From Candidatus Multivoradales bacterium (GTDB lineage: Bacteria > Acidobacteriota > Thermoanaerobaculia > Multivoradales > J023), in contig CBDFLE010000006.1 in assembly GCA_965248925.1 (NCBI GenBank), positions 4,480,001 through 4,544,000 on the forward strand: a stretch of 64,000 bases of DNA, read 5' to 3'. The position numbers and the translations under genes were made by a program. Within the stretch, counting starts at the first letter, position 1. Each line of letters opens with the position of its first letter. Below the pieces are notes generated by a model that saw only the letters and a program-made list of their open reading frames with translations, searched no databases and was not told the DNA's origin. Below, piece by piece: positions 27,965 through 38,016 of this stretch.

Positions 27965-29401
27965 TTGAGTCAGGTCGAAGATATCTACGGTGCCTTGCTG
28001 AATAGCCTGAAGCGTGATGTTGATCGCGCCCGGCCAGGAGTAGTGCTTTCCCGGCTGGGTCGTTCCGAGGGTTATCTGCGCAATGTCTGGCATGGGCGCA
28101 GCTCGATCTCGCTGCGTCGTTTTCTGGAAGTGATCGAAGCGACCGGTTCGACGCCCGCACGCTTTTTCGAGAAGTCCTTCGATACGACACCAAGTGCCGA
28201 GACCTTCCTGCTTGCGATGGCGGGAGAACTCGTAGATCGCCGGCTTCCGGATGCCTTGAACGAGACCTTGATGGCTGGGATCGAAGGATCCCAGCCGGCG
28301 CGAAACCGGCCGGGCTTCGATCGCGAAGAAGCGGTCGAGAGGCTGGCGCAGAAGAGTGTGGCAGGCCAGCGACGCTTGCTTTGTAGAACTCAGCAGTATC
28401 GAGACGTGGAGTTTCTTCAGCTCTATCTGGAATATTTGGACGAGATGCGCTTCGATCATCGGCAGCAGGCGGCGCGGCTTGCCGAGACGATAGCGCTGAA
28501 GGTCGCGCCCCAGGCCTTTGGAACTCCCGCGCAATGTACCTCTCTTTTCTGCAAGGCACTAGGTATTCTCGCTTCCGCCGAAAGGATCAGTGGCCATCTG
28601 GCCAAAGCCGCCGCGGTGATTGGAGTCGCCCTGGCTGCAGCTAGGAAACGCGATCTCAAGCAGGCTAGAGCACGGCTGTTGGTTTGTTCTAGTTCGGTGT
28701 TGCGCGACAATTCTCAGCCGAACCGGGCCTTTCTTCTGCTTCGCGAAGCGCAGGAAATCTACTTCGACTGCGATGACATGGTTGCCTTGGGGCAAGTTTC
28801 TATTGCTCGCGCGATCCTCTACTGCGAGTTGGGCTCCTATCCGGAAGCTCTGCGTTGCTACGATCGTGCGCTGATGCTGCTGCCGAGCCCAAATCGCACG
28901 CTGCGCCGCTGGCGTATGGCCTGTCATCAGGGGGCGGCTTTGGTGCATTTTCGTTTGAACGATTTCGACCAAGCCGAGCTGTGCCTGGCTGACGCGAGAG
29001 GTGAAAGTAGTGGCGAGAGCCACCACAACCGTGCCAAGCTTTTGCGGCTCGAAGGTCGGGTGGCGATTCGGCGTGGTGAGCATGAACGGGCCGAGCACCT
29101 TCTTCATCGAGCTTGGGGGTTGTTCAGCACTCGTAGTGATCCAAGGGCGCTCTTGACTCAGCTCGATCACTTGGAATCCCTGCTGTTGCGAGGGTGGATC
29201 ATGGAGTCTCACAAGCTAGCAAACCATGTGGTCGCTAGTTTGCTCCGCAAACCTGAACTCAGCTCGATCAAGCCACTCGCCATAGACCTGAAGCGTGCCG
29301 TGGCTCAACAGCGCCTCACCGTGACGTTGATTCGCGAAGCTCAAGACCGAGCTGAGCGGCTTTGTTCGCCAAGCCAGTACCTATCGAGCTTCGGCATCTG
29401 A
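27965..29401 (+). CDS. XRE-like HTH plus TPR-repeat regulator (start uncertain)
   Basis: LSRLGRSEGYLRNVWHGRSSISL..FL.V.EA.G..P..FF HTH-like segment followed by several TPR-like helix pairs. Confidence 0.7.
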   Translation: MSQVEDIYGALLNSLKRDVDRARPGVVLSRLGRSEGYLRNVWHGRSSISLRRFLEVIEATGSTPARFFEKSFDTTPSAETFLLAMAGELVDRRLPDALNETLMAGIEGSQPARNRPGFDREEAVERLAQKSVAGQRRLLCRTQQYRDVEFLQLYLEYLDEMRFDHRQQAARLAETIALKVAPQAFGTPAQCTSLFCKALGILASAERISGHLAKAAAVIGVALAAARKRDLKQARARLLVCSSSVLRDNSQPNRAFLLLREAQEIYFDCDDMVALGQVSIARAILYCELGSYPEALRCYDRALMLLPSPNRTLRRWRMACHQGAALVHFRLNDFDQAELCLADARGESSGESHHNRAKLLRLEGRVAIRRGEHERAEHLLHRAWGLFSTRSDPRALLTQLDHLESLLLRGWIMESHKLANHVVASLLRKPELSSIKPLAIDLKRAVAQQRLTVTLIREAQDRAERLCSPSQYLSSFGI

Positions 29402-29407
29402 GGTTTG

Positions 29408-29473
29408 TTACCCGTTTGGGTCGATGGCCATGCCCCATTTCTGACATGCATTTGCAGAGTTCTTGTTCAGCAT
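29408..29473 (-). CDS. 21-aa peptide MLNKNSANACQKWGMAIDPNG
   Basis: AGAGGAG RBS (29490-29484) 10 nt before ATG; stop 6 bp from the HTH-TPR stop; AT-rich upstream region. Confidence 0.55.
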   Translation of the reverse strand: MLNKNSANACQKWGMAIDPNG

Positions 29474-29910
29474 TCTCGTATTTCTCCTCTTGGTCGCGAT
29501 CCGTACTGCACTGTGTTGTGTTGAGAATGTTTTAGAAGAGATTTCTCTTTCGTTCAGAGGTATTCGAGGTACTCGAAATTTATGGTCCTATTTGTCCCCT
29601 AATTCGCCACAATTTTGATTGTTTTGATAGAAAAATGAAGATTCATGTGTTTAGTGGTGCTTTGCGTAGATAATTTGCATATTTGATCCAATATATTCAA
29701 TATTCGGCAATCCTCCGCGCCTTGAGATGCTGAAGGATTTTTTGACTCGGACTCGCATTCCTTGTGGAATGCGCAGCTCTGCTGCCGGTAAGACCAGCAA
29801 GTTACTGCCGCCAGCGGGTTCTTGCGCTACCGCTTTGGACTTCCTCGACCGGAATGGCCCCGGATGGATGGGGTCTTTCGCTGTTTCGGCCTGCTTCTAG
29901 CGGACTCGGC

Positions 29911-31212
29911 TCAGCGCTGATCGACGACGATCCGGCCACCGACCATCACGAAGTCGACCCGCTCGATGGCGTGGATGTCTTTGAGGGGGTTGCCTGACAC
30001 GGCGATCAGGTCGGCCAGTTTGCCGGCGGCAAGGATGCCGCGATCGTCAACGCCAAGCAGGTCGGCGGCGGCCAGGGTAGCGCTTTGCAGGGCCGCCAAC
30101 GGGGTCATGCCGCGATCTACCAGGACGCCGAACTCGCGGCCGTTGTCGCCGTGGGGATAGACCGCCGCATCGGTGCCGAAGGCGATCTTGACGCCTTCGC
30201 GAATTGCCTTTTCCAAGCTGGCCTTGGCCAGCGGCAGGATGCCCTTGGCTTTGGCGCGGATTACAGGTGGCAGGTTGTCGAGATCGATGGCCTCGACCAG
30301 GTAGGTGGTCGGTACCAGGTAGGTGCCGCGCGCTTTCATCTCGGTGATGATTTCGTCGGTCAGCATGGAGCCGTGCTCGATCGATGCGACTCCGGCTAGC
30401 ACCGCCGCCAGGATGCCTTCAGAGCCGTGGGCGTGAGCGGCTACTTTGAGGCCGTGGCGGGCGGCTTCTTCGACCGCCACGCGCATCTCCTGGTCGCTGA
30501 ATTGCTGGGCGCCCACCGGCCCCTCGAAGGACAGCACCCCGGCGGTGGCGCAGATCTTGATCACCTGGGCGCCGTGCTTGATCTGGTAACGCACCGCTCG
30601 CAGCACTTGGTCGGGGCCATCAGCGACACCGCTCTCTGGACCCGATTCCGCGAACCCCGGCGCGTAACCGGTGGTGTCGCAGTGGCCGCCGGTGATTCCC
30701 AGGCTGTGGCCGGCGGCAATGATCCGCGGGCCGTCGACGAAGCCTTGCTCGATGGCATTGCGCAGGGCGATGTCGGCGAAGCCGCTGGAGCCTACGTTGC
30801 GCACCGTGGTGAAACCCGCGGCCAAGGTCAGGCGGGCGTTGCGGACGCCGCGCAGGGCCGCTTCCGCCGCTGTCGTGGTAACGCCGCGATGCCGCCATTT
30901 ACCACTGAGATCGAAAGTCAGGTGGGTGTGCATGTCCATCAGGCCGGGCAGCAGAGTGCGCTGGCCAAGCTCGATCACCTCGAGGCCGTGAGCCAGTTCC
31001 GGGCCGCCGACCGCGACTATGTGCTCGCCCTCGACCACCACCACGCGATCGCTCAGTAGTTGGCCGGACTCGATATCGAGCAGGTGAGCCGCCCGCACTG
31101 CGAGGCGGGTGGGCAGGGTCTCGGCCAGCGATGTCCCAGGCAACAAGGCCAGCGGCGCGAGAAGAACCTGGGTGACGAGGAAGACCTGGCTGAGGTGCTT
31201 ACAGCGGCCCAT
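29911..31212 (-). CDS. Amidohydrolase family (Xaa-Pro dipeptidase-like)
   Basis: PGLMDMHTH; GFTTVRNVG; AAHAHG; SIEHG; FGTDA; GKLADLIAV. Confidence 0.92.
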   Translation of the reverse strand: MGRCKHLSQVFLVTQVLLAPLALLPGTSLAETLPTRLAVRAAHLLDIESGQLLSDRVVVVEGEHIVAVGGPELAHGLEVIELGQRTLLPGLMDMHTHLTFDLSGKWRHRGVTTTAAEAALRGVRNARLTLAAGFTTVRNVGSSGFADIALRNAIEQGFVDGPRIIAAGHSLGITGGHCDTTGYAPGFAESGPESGVADGPDQVLRAVRYQIKHGAQVIKICATAGVLSFEGPVGAQQFSDQEMRVAVEEAARHGLKVAAHAHGSEGILAAVLAGVASIEHGSMLTDEIITEMKARGTYLVPTTYLVEAIDLDNLPPVIRAKAKGILPLAKASLEKAIREGVKIAFGTDAAVYPHGDNGREFGVLVDRGMTPLAALQSATLAAADLLGVDDRGILAAGKLADLIAVSGNPLKDIHAIERVDFVMVGGRIVVDQR

Positions 31213-31213
31213 C

Positions 31214-31972
31214 TCAAGAGTCTTCTGAGTTGGTTGGAGTCTCGCCATCGACGGCGGGTGGCGGCGCGCCAGTGTCTTCCACCACCGGCTTGCTGGCGTT
31301 GGCCTGAACCTCGGCCAAGGCTAGTAACAACTCAGCGTGCAGGCTGAGGATGGCTTGCCGTTGTTTGCGGTTGAGGCGCAGCCGCTGGTCGCAGTTCTTG
31401 CAGTTGATCCGCTGCTGATCGAAGCCGACGATGCGGTCGACGATGGCTGTCAGCTCGCCGGAGAGGGCCCCCAGCTGCTGGCCGATAGCGTCGCGCTGGG
31501 CCCGCTCATCGGCCAGCGCACCGTCGATCGCAGTGCTGATGGAGCGGGTGTCTTTGCCTACGGTTTTGAGCGCCTCGAAGGTGGCGTCGAGACGCAGCTG
31601 GATATCGTGGTTGTCCTGGTTGAGCAGCTCAAAACCCTTCATCACGGTGGCGAAGTAGTCGTCTAGGTAGGCCGAAACCTCGTTCTCGACTTGCTCGGGC
31701 ACTAGTTCGAGGATGCGTTCCCGTTCTTCGTGCAGCTCGGTCAAGGCGCGTGGTACGGCTTCGATGACCGAATTCTCCATCTCTTCCCAGCGGCGGTTTT
31801 CGCGATCGAATCTCTGTTCCCAAGCGATCACCGACGCCTCAGCGCGGGCGCGCTCTTCATCGCAGGTTGCGAGCTGGGCTCGGAGTTCTTCGACTTCGGC
31901 CTTCGAGGCACAGCCGAAGCTGAGCAGGAATAGGGCGATCAGGAGCAAGGCGGAGAGCGGTCGCAAGAGCAT
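31214..31972 (-). CDS. Coiled-coil lipoprotein
   Basis: Lipobox LSFGC; heptad-rich; CKNC near the C-terminus. Confidence 0.7.
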   Translation of the reverse strand: MLLRPLSALLLIALFLLSFGCASKAEVEELRAQLATCDEERARAEASVIAWEQRFDRENRRWEEMENSVIEAVPRALTELHEERERILELVPEQVENEVSAYLDDYFATVMKGFELLNQDNHDIQLRLDATFEALKTVGKDTRSISTAIDGALADERAQRDAIGQQLGALSGELTAIVDRIVGFDQQRINCKNCDQRLRLNRKQRQAILSLHAELLLALAEVQANASKPVVEDTGAPPPAVDGETPTNSEDS

Positions 31973-32090
31973 GCAGATCTCCTTGGGGAACCCAAAAGCG
32001 GGATTTATTGCTGTCGCGGGCAACTATAGGCGCCGCGGTCGGGCGCGACAAGGCGGGTCGCCGACGTGTTGGGCACGGCGGAAGGCCCCT

Positions 32091-33836
32091 TCAGCTGTCG
32101 ATCACGGCGCGGTGGCGTAACTTGTCGGCGGCGCGGGTGGTGGGGGCGTGAGTGAGAATCTGCTGGATTCCCTCGAGCGCTTTCACCGCATCGCCGACCG
32201 CTTGGTAGAGCAACACCTCGCCGTAGAGGTTTTGCGCCAGCACTTCTTGGCGTTCGCGCACCGTGGTGACATGGTCGCCAGTGGGGAAGTGTTGTAAATA
32301 CTCGGCGCCATTGTCGAGACCGTCGTATTTCTTGGCCAGCTCAACCAGTCGCCGGTCGGCCAGCTGGCGCAACTCATCGTCCTCGATCTGGGCACTGAGT
32401 CGCGCCAGGGCAGCGAGACGGTCGAGAAAAGGAGCCAGGTTGCGCAGGCCGCGCACCGCTTTGACCCCGGCTTCGCTATCCGGGCCGCTGTCGGCGGCGC
32501 GCAGGTACTGCTCTACCGCGTCGGTCTGGCGGCCCAGCCGGCTGTAGGCGTTGCCCAGGGTCAGCGCTACTTCGGGACTTTCCTCGGCGGTGGGGTAGTT
32601 GCTGAGAAAGGTCTCCAGGAAAGCGGTCTGGTAGATGCCATCTCGCCACAGGGTGGCAGCTTTGGGGTAGAGCTTGTCGGCTGCGGCTCGCAGCTCGTCC
32701 ATGCGCTGCTCCAGCTTGTCCACGAAGCCGCTTTTCGGGGTTAGAGTGCTGACTTCTTCGATCTCGATCAGGAAGGCCCGCACCAACTCGCCATAGTCGC
32801 GTTGCAACTCCTCGTTTTCGAGTTCTGTGTCGTGCAGCCGATCGAGGCGCTTGCCTCGCAACTCTTCGGCGCGCCGCCCTTGGGGCCAGGCGGTGAGGGC
32901 CGAGAACTCCAGATGTTGCTGTCCCTCGGACTTCTTGCGCGGCTCGGCGAGCCCCCAATCGAGCAGCGCCTTCTGGGTCAAGGCGCGATAGTCATCGGCC
33001 GGTCTGCGGTCTTCGATTTTGAGTTCAGCGGCGCGGACCTCGGCGGCCCGTTGGCGGGTGTCGGAGAAGGGGTGGGTGCGCCAGTAGCCGTAGACCTCGG
33101 ACTGCGGCAGGCGGTCATTCATCAGTTGCCACAAGCGACGGGCACCGGCCGGGTCGAAACCGGCGGCAGCGGCGATCCGTTGGCCTTCGTCGTCGGCCTC
33201 GTCTTCGAAATCGCGGCTGTAATTGCGCAGTAGCAATTCCGAAAGCACCACACTCGACGCCAGGGTGCCCTGAATCAGGTCCCCTTTGCGATTGTCCGAG
33301 TAGGTGCCGTCGCGAGTTGGCGTGCGCTCGTCGTCGACCCCGATCAGTACTCCGGCCAGGGTTGCCAGACTGAGCAGATTCAACAGCGTGGCGCGACGTT
33401 TAAGGCGCATGCCGTGGGCTCGTGTCACATGGGCGATTTCGTGCCCCAGCAAACAAGCCAGCATATCGTCGTCGAGTCCCAGGTCGAGCATGCCACGGGT
33501 GACGAAAATATGCCCACCGGGCAGGGCAAAGGCGTTTGGCACCGGAATCTCTGCGAGGAAAAACGAGAAAGGGTAGTCGCTGAATTGGGCTTGTTGGGCG
33601 AGTTCATAGCCGATGTCGGCTATCCGCCGCAGCTCTTCCGGCCGGTCGCCGCTGCCGTACTCAGCCAACGCCTGGCGACTGGCTTCGAAGCTTTTCGCGA
33701 ACAGATCTTGGTTCTTGATCTCTATGTTCTGGGCCGCGCTCATCAGTGGCGTCAGCAGAGGCGTGCAGAGGGCCAGGGATAGAGAGCAGTAGAAGCGCAG
33801 CGAGCGAGGGCCACGGGCGGAGCGGAAATCGTCCAT
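32091..33836 (-). CDS. M48 family metalloprotease with C-terminal TPR region
   Basis: PNAFALPGG; HEIAH; E.EAD..G; THP. Confidence 0.9.
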   Translation of the reverse strand: MDDFRSARGPRSLRFYCSLSLALCTPLLTPLMSAAQNIEIKNQDLFAKSFEASRQALAEYGSGDRPEELRRIADIGYELAQQAQFSDYPFSFFLAEIPVPNAFALPGGHIFVTRGMLDLGLDDDMLACLLGHEIAHVTRAHGMRLKRRATLLNLLSLATLAGVLIGVDDERTPTRDGTYSDNRKGDLIQGTLASSVVLSELLLRNYSRDFEDEADDEGQRIAAAAGFDPAGARRLWQLMNDRLPQSEVYGYWRTHPFSDTRQRAAEVRAAELKIEDRRPADDYRALTQKALLDWGLAEPRKKSEGQQHLEFSALTAWPQGRRAEELRGKRLDRLHDTELENEELQRDYGELVRAFLIEIEEVSTLTPKSGFVDKLEQRMDELRAAADKLYPKAATLWRDGIYQTAFLETFLSNYPTAEESPEVALTLGNAYSRLGRQTDAVEQYLRAADSGPDSEAGVKAVRGLRNLAPFLDRLAALARLSAQIEDDELRQLADRRLVELAKKYDGLDNGAEYLQHFPTGDHVTTVRERQEVLAQNLYGEVLLYQAVGDAVKALEGIQQILTHAPTTRAADKLRHRAVIDS

Positions 33837-33899
33837 GGGCTCATTCTAAAGCACGCTCCATGCCAATCCTGGGGCGAGGCTGTGATAAATTCCCGCGCC

Positions 33900-34184
33900 A
33901 TGAGCGAGCTAGTTATAGAAGTCCCGACCGACAAGGGCAGCATGGCAGAGCTTCGGGAGGCTCTCGATACCGCGTTCAAGAGTCAATTCCCCGGCGGCAT
34001 GTTGAAGGCGCAGTGGGCCGAGGAGGTGCTGGAACTCCGTGGTCCCGGTGCCAAGGGTTCGATTGTCTTCGAAGCGGGCCAACTGGTGGGCCGGGCCAAA
34101 CTCTCACCGCCCGCCAGCATGATGAAGCCGATGATCCTGCAAAAGGTGACCGCGGCTCTCGAAGCCGCCGTGGCCACGGCCTGA
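33900..34184 (+). CDS. Small protein, possibly PHA-granule-region family
   Basis: 94 aa; W....L...G.G.KG.I pattern. Confidence 0.45.
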   Translation: MSELVIEVPTDKGSMAELREALDTAFKSQFPGGMLKAQWAEEVLELRGPGAKGSIVFEAGQLVGRAKLSPPASMMKPMILQKVTAALEAAVATA

Positions 34185-34196
34185 TCGGCTCAACTC

Positions 34197-35057
34197 GTGG
34201 GCATCGTGTCGCCGTCCTCGCTGCCCTCCGTGCTGGCCGCGCGAGCGGTGAGACATGGCGAGGAACCCTGGCTGTTTTATCGTCGCGAGCAACATTGGCG
34301 CTGGCTGTCCTGGGGGCAGCTGGCCGATCAAGTGGCGCGTGGCGCTGCGCGGCTGCGCGGCTCTGCTATCGCCGCTGAATCGAACGCTCCTTTGGGCTAT
34401 GCCTGTTGCCCACCAGCAGCGGCCGTAGCCGTCGATCTGGCGTTGCAAGCTGCCGGCCTGGCCGGTATGGCTTGCGGCGGCGAACCTGCCGCGGCTCGGC
34501 ACCAAGCTGAACAGGCGGGCTGCGCTGGCTGGCTGGAGGTGGCCGAGGACAACGTTAGCGGGTCCCCGGTCTCGCCTGCTCTTCCCACCTTGCGCCTGCC
34601 CACGGCGCAGTCGCGGTTGCGCCGTTGGCAAGGGCAGACGCTGGCACCCGATGCCCGACTCTCCCCACCCTCGTGGACCGCTTTACTCGACTGGAGCAAG
34701 CAGTTTCCTGCCAACCAGGAACGCTGGGTCGCCCACAGCGGGGTTGGGCTAGAACAGCCCGTGGGCCGTGCCTTGCTCGCTTGGAGCCTGCTCACCGGAG
34801 CGGCATTGGCACTGCCTCCAGCGGGCGCAGAGCTGGTTGCTGATTTGCTGTGGACTCGGCCCCATTTGGTGTTCGCCCCGGCGGCGGAACTCTCTCTGCT
34901 GGCGACGGCGCTTGAAGATCGCCGTCATCGTCGAAGTAGTCGATTGTTGGTGGTCTCGGCGAGCGACGGTGGCGTATTGAGCGACCAGGGCCAAGCTGCT
35001 GTCTGGGACCGTCTCGGGGTTCTCTGGCTGCCCCCTCCTCCTTCTCCGTCTCCTTGA
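34197..35057 (+). CDS. Degenerate AMP-binding-domain protein
   Basis: WRWLSWGQLADQVARGAARL and DL...RP resemble the acyl-CoA synthetase N-domain. The TSGTTG loop and C-domain are absent. Confidence 0.55.
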   Translation: MGIVSPSSLPSVLAARAVRHGEEPWLFYRREQHWRWLSWGQLADQVARGAARLRGSAIAAESNAPLGYACCPPAAAVAVDLALQAAGLAGMACGGEPAAARHQAEQAGCAGWLEVAEDNVSGSPVSPALPTLRLPTAQSRLRRWQGQTLAPDARLSPPSWTALLDWSKQFPANQERWVAHSGVGLEQPVGRALLAWSLLTGAALALPPAGAELVADLLWTRPHLVFAPAAELSLLATALEDRRHRRSSRLLVVSASDGGVLSDQGQAAVWDRLGVLWLPPPPSPSP

Positions 35058-35191
35058 GCAGCGCCAGATTTGCTGCCGCTTACGCCGCGACGCGGCGCGG
35101 CTTCGGGCTAAGATAGTGGTCATCGGTCTGGCACCGATTCCGCAACTCACTCCGGCCGGCATTGCCGGGCCGTCAGTAGTCAGGAGGATTC

Positions 35192-36646
35192 ATGGCAGAG
35201 AGACCTTCCCCAGACGCCGCCATCAACGCCACCACCGCCGCTCAGCTGAACGGTGATGTGGCGGCCGTGAGCCGCGAGATTCAGCAACGGGCCGATTCGG
35301 TGTGGACCCGGGGTGCCGGTCAGGCGCCGATGATCGCCAAGCGTCGGCGCCAGGCGCTCAAGAGTTCGCGCGGCCGGGTGGCGATTGTCGATGGTTGCCG
35401 CACTCCCTTCGCCAAGGCTGGTACGGTGTACTCGCAGATGGATGTGGTCGATCTGGCCAGCCGTCCGGTGGTGGCGCTGGTCAGCCGCATGGGGCTGGAT
35501 CCGCAGCAGATCGACCTGTCGATTTTCGGTCTGGTGGTGCCGTTGCTGGCCGCCCCCAACCTGGGCCGCGAGGTGGTGCTGCGCGCCGGGCTGCCGAAGA
35601 CGATCGAGGGCAGCACGGTCAATCTGGCCTGTGCCTCCTCTAATCGGGCCATCACCAGCGCTGCCGAAGCGATTCTGGCGGGCCAGGCGGAGGTAGTGCT
35701 GGCGGGGGGCGCCGAGTCGCTGTCCAACCCGCCAATCCTCTACTCGCGCAATGCTTCGCAGCGCTTCGTCGAACTCAGCAAGGCTCGCTCGGTGGCGCGC
35801 AAGGCTCAGATCGTCGGCAAGTTGCGGCCCAAGGATCTGCTGCCGGTAGCACCAGCGATCGCCGAGTACACCACCGGCATGAGTATGGGACAGGCTTGCG
35901 AGAAGATGGCCAAGGAGAATGGCATCTCGCGCCAGGCGCAGGATGAAATCGCCCTTTTGTCGCATCAGCGGGCGGCCGCGGCGACTGCTGCCGGGTGGTT
36001 CGATTCACAGATCGTGCCGACTTTTCCAACAGGGCAGTGGGACCAACCGGTGACGGCGGACACAGGCATTCGCCCGACCACGTCGTTGGAGCGTTTGGCC
36101 GAACTCAAGCCAGTCTTCGACCGCGGCTATGGCACTCTGACCGCCGGTAACTCCAGTCCGCTGACCGATGGTGCTTCGGCGGTGATCCTGATGAGCGAGA
36201 AAAAGGCCGCGGCGCTGGGCTACGAGCCATTGGGCTATATCCGCTCTTACGCCTACGCCGCTCTCGATCCGGCGACCCAACTGCTGCAAGGGCCTGCCTA
36301 CGCCGCTCCTCAGGCTCTCGACCGCGCCGGCATGAAGCTCGCCGATATTGACTTGGTGGAAATGCACGAGGCCTTCGCGGCGCAGATCGTGTCGAATATG
36401 AAAGCCTTTGCCTCGAAACGCTTCGCCCGCCAGGAACTGGGCCGCAGTCAGCCTCTGGGGGAGATCGATTTACAGCGTTTTAACGTCACCGGCGGTTCGA
36501 TCGCCATTGGCCATCCCTTCGGCGCCACCGGTGCACGGGTCACCCTGCAGGTGCTCAACGAACTCGCCCGGCGCGGCTTGGGCACCGGCCTGATCACGGT
36601 CTGTGCCGCCGGCGGCAATGGCTTTTCGATGGTCGTTGAGCGCTGA
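35192..36646 (+). CDS. fadI: Acetyl-CoA C-acyltransferase (FadI-like thiolase)
   Basis: NLACASS; EMHEAFAAQ; GHPFGATG; CAAGG. Confidence 0.92.
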   Translation: MAERPSPDAAINATTAAQLNGDVAAVSREIQQRADSVWTRGAGQAPMIAKRRRQALKSSRGRVAIVDGCRTPFAKAGTVYSQMDVVDLASRPVVALVSRMGLDPQQIDLSIFGLVVPLLAAPNLGREVVLRAGLPKTIEGSTVNLACASSNRAITSAAEAILAGQAEVVLAGGAESLSNPPILYSRNASQRFVELSKARSVARKAQIVGKLRPKDLLPVAPAIAEYTTGMSMGQACEKMAKENGISRQAQDEIALLSHQRAAAATAAGWFDSQIVPTFPTGQWDQPVTADTGIRPTTSLERLAELKPVFDRGYGTLTAGNSSPLTDGASAVILMSEKKAAALGYEPLGYIRSYAYAALDPATQLLQGPAYAAPQALDRAGMKLADIDLVEMHEAFAAQIVSNMKAFASKRFARQELGRSQPLGEIDLQRFNVTGGSIAIGHPFGATGARVTLQVLNELARRGLGTGLITVCAAGGNGFSMVVER

Positions 36647-36653
36647 TCCGAGC

Positions 36654-37886
36654 ATGATGTCGACCCCTGCCGCGCCTTTGCCGCCATCCCAGCGTCCTCT
36701 CGAAGGGCTACTGGTGATCGACCTGAGTCGCTACCTACCCGGACCGTTGGTCAGTCGCTTGCTTGCTGATCTGGGTGCTCGAGTGCTGAAGATCGAGGAG
36801 CCTGGCCTCGGTGATCCATCTCGTCAGGCGCCACCAGCGGTCGCTGGCCAGAGCGCGTTAGCGACTCTCTTGCTGGCGGGTCATGAGAGCGTGGCGCTTG
36901 ATCTTGGCAAGGAGGCGGCGCGGGAAGTGCTCGATGGTCTGCTGGAATCGGCCGACGTGCTGGTGGAGAGCTTTCGCCCTGGCAAGCTGGCCAGTTTCGG
37001 ATTGGCTCCACGACGCCTGCGGCAACGCTTTCCCTCGCTGGTGATTTGTTCCCTGACCGGTTGGGGGCAGGAGGGGCCGTACGCCCAACGCGCCGGCCAC
37101 GATCTGGGCTACCAGGCGGTGGCCGGTAGCCTGGCTCCCGGTAGCGGCATGCCGGCGGTTCAAGTGGCCGACATGGTCGGCGGTTGGAGTGCCGCCAACG
37201 CCGTGTTGGCCGCCTTGTTGCGGCGCCAGCAAACCGGCGATGGCAGCTGGATCGACAGTGCCTTGCTCGACGCCGCTGGCCATGCCAATTTGATGGCGGT
37301 GGCGGCTGAGGCCGCGGCCGGCAAGCAGATCGGCGAGCGCTTGCTACTGACCGGCGCCTTGCCCTGCTATGACCTCTATCGCTCCCGCGATGGTCGGCCG
37401 GTGGCCATTGCGGCCCTCGAAGCCAAGTTCTGGCGCCTGTTTTGCCTTGCCGTTGGCCGCCGTGACCTGATCCGCCAGCGGCTTAGTGCCGAGCCGCAAA
37501 TCAAGCAGAAGATCGCCGATTTGATCGCCAGCCGCACCGGCGAGGAGTGGGCGCAGCTGTTTGCCGAGCAGGACTTTCCGGCCGAGCTGGTGCTGTCGCA
37601 GGCCGAGGCGCGGGAACATCCGCAAGTGCGGGCCCGGGGCCTGCTGCGACATGGCCAGGACGGACTCGACCGGATGGCTTATCCGGCATTGATCGACGGT
37701 CAACGGCCAGGCGGGGGCGGCGCCTTGGCGCAACTTGGTGAGCACACCCGGGCGGTGCTGGAGGAGTTTGGTCTGAGTTTCGAGGGCTCGCCGCTGCGCC
37801 GCCGGGCCAGCGGGGTTGGCCGCCGGCCTAGCCTGCGGCGATGGGTTTCGAGGCGGGTCTTGAAGCGCCGCCCGGAGGGCCGCTAG
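36654..37886 (+). CDS. CaiB/BaiF family CoA-transferase
   Basis: DLSRYLPGP; LADLGA.V.KIE; ESFRPG; AGHDLGY. Confidence 0.92.
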   Translation: MMSTPAAPLPPSQRPLEGLLVIDLSRYLPGPLVSRLLADLGARVLKIEEPGLGDPSRQAPPAVAGQSALATLLLAGHESVALDLGKEAAREVLDGLLESADVLVESFRPGKLASFGLAPRRLRQRFPSLVICSLTGWGQEGPYAQRAGHDLGYQAVAGSLAPGSGMPAVQVADMVGGWSAANAVLAALLRRQQTGDGSWIDSALLDAAGHANLMAVAAEAAAGKQIGERLLLTGALPCYDLYRSRDGRPVAIAALEAKFWRLFCLAVGRRDLIRQRLSAEPQIKQKIADLIASRTGEEWAQLFAEQDFPAELVLSQAEAREHPQVRARGLLRHGQDGLDRMAYPALIDGQRPGGGGALAQLGEHTRAVLEEFGLSFEGSPLRRRASGVGRRPSLRRWVSRRVLKRRPEGR

Positions 37887-37907
37887 GCATCCTCCAGGGG
37901 CCACTCC

Positions 37908-37936
37908 TTGACGCTTCTCAGGGCCACCGGTAGAGT
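37908..37936 (+). promoter_or_regulatory. Sigma70-type promoter for the TPAT operon
   Basis: TTGACG-17 nt-TAGAGT. Confidence 0.55.
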
Positions 37937-38016
37937 GCTCTGCGAGCCTTCACCTAGCCTGACCTGGACCCTCTGGCAGTAGAGTTTCGCAATAAGACGT
38001 ACGCCCCTATCTCTCA

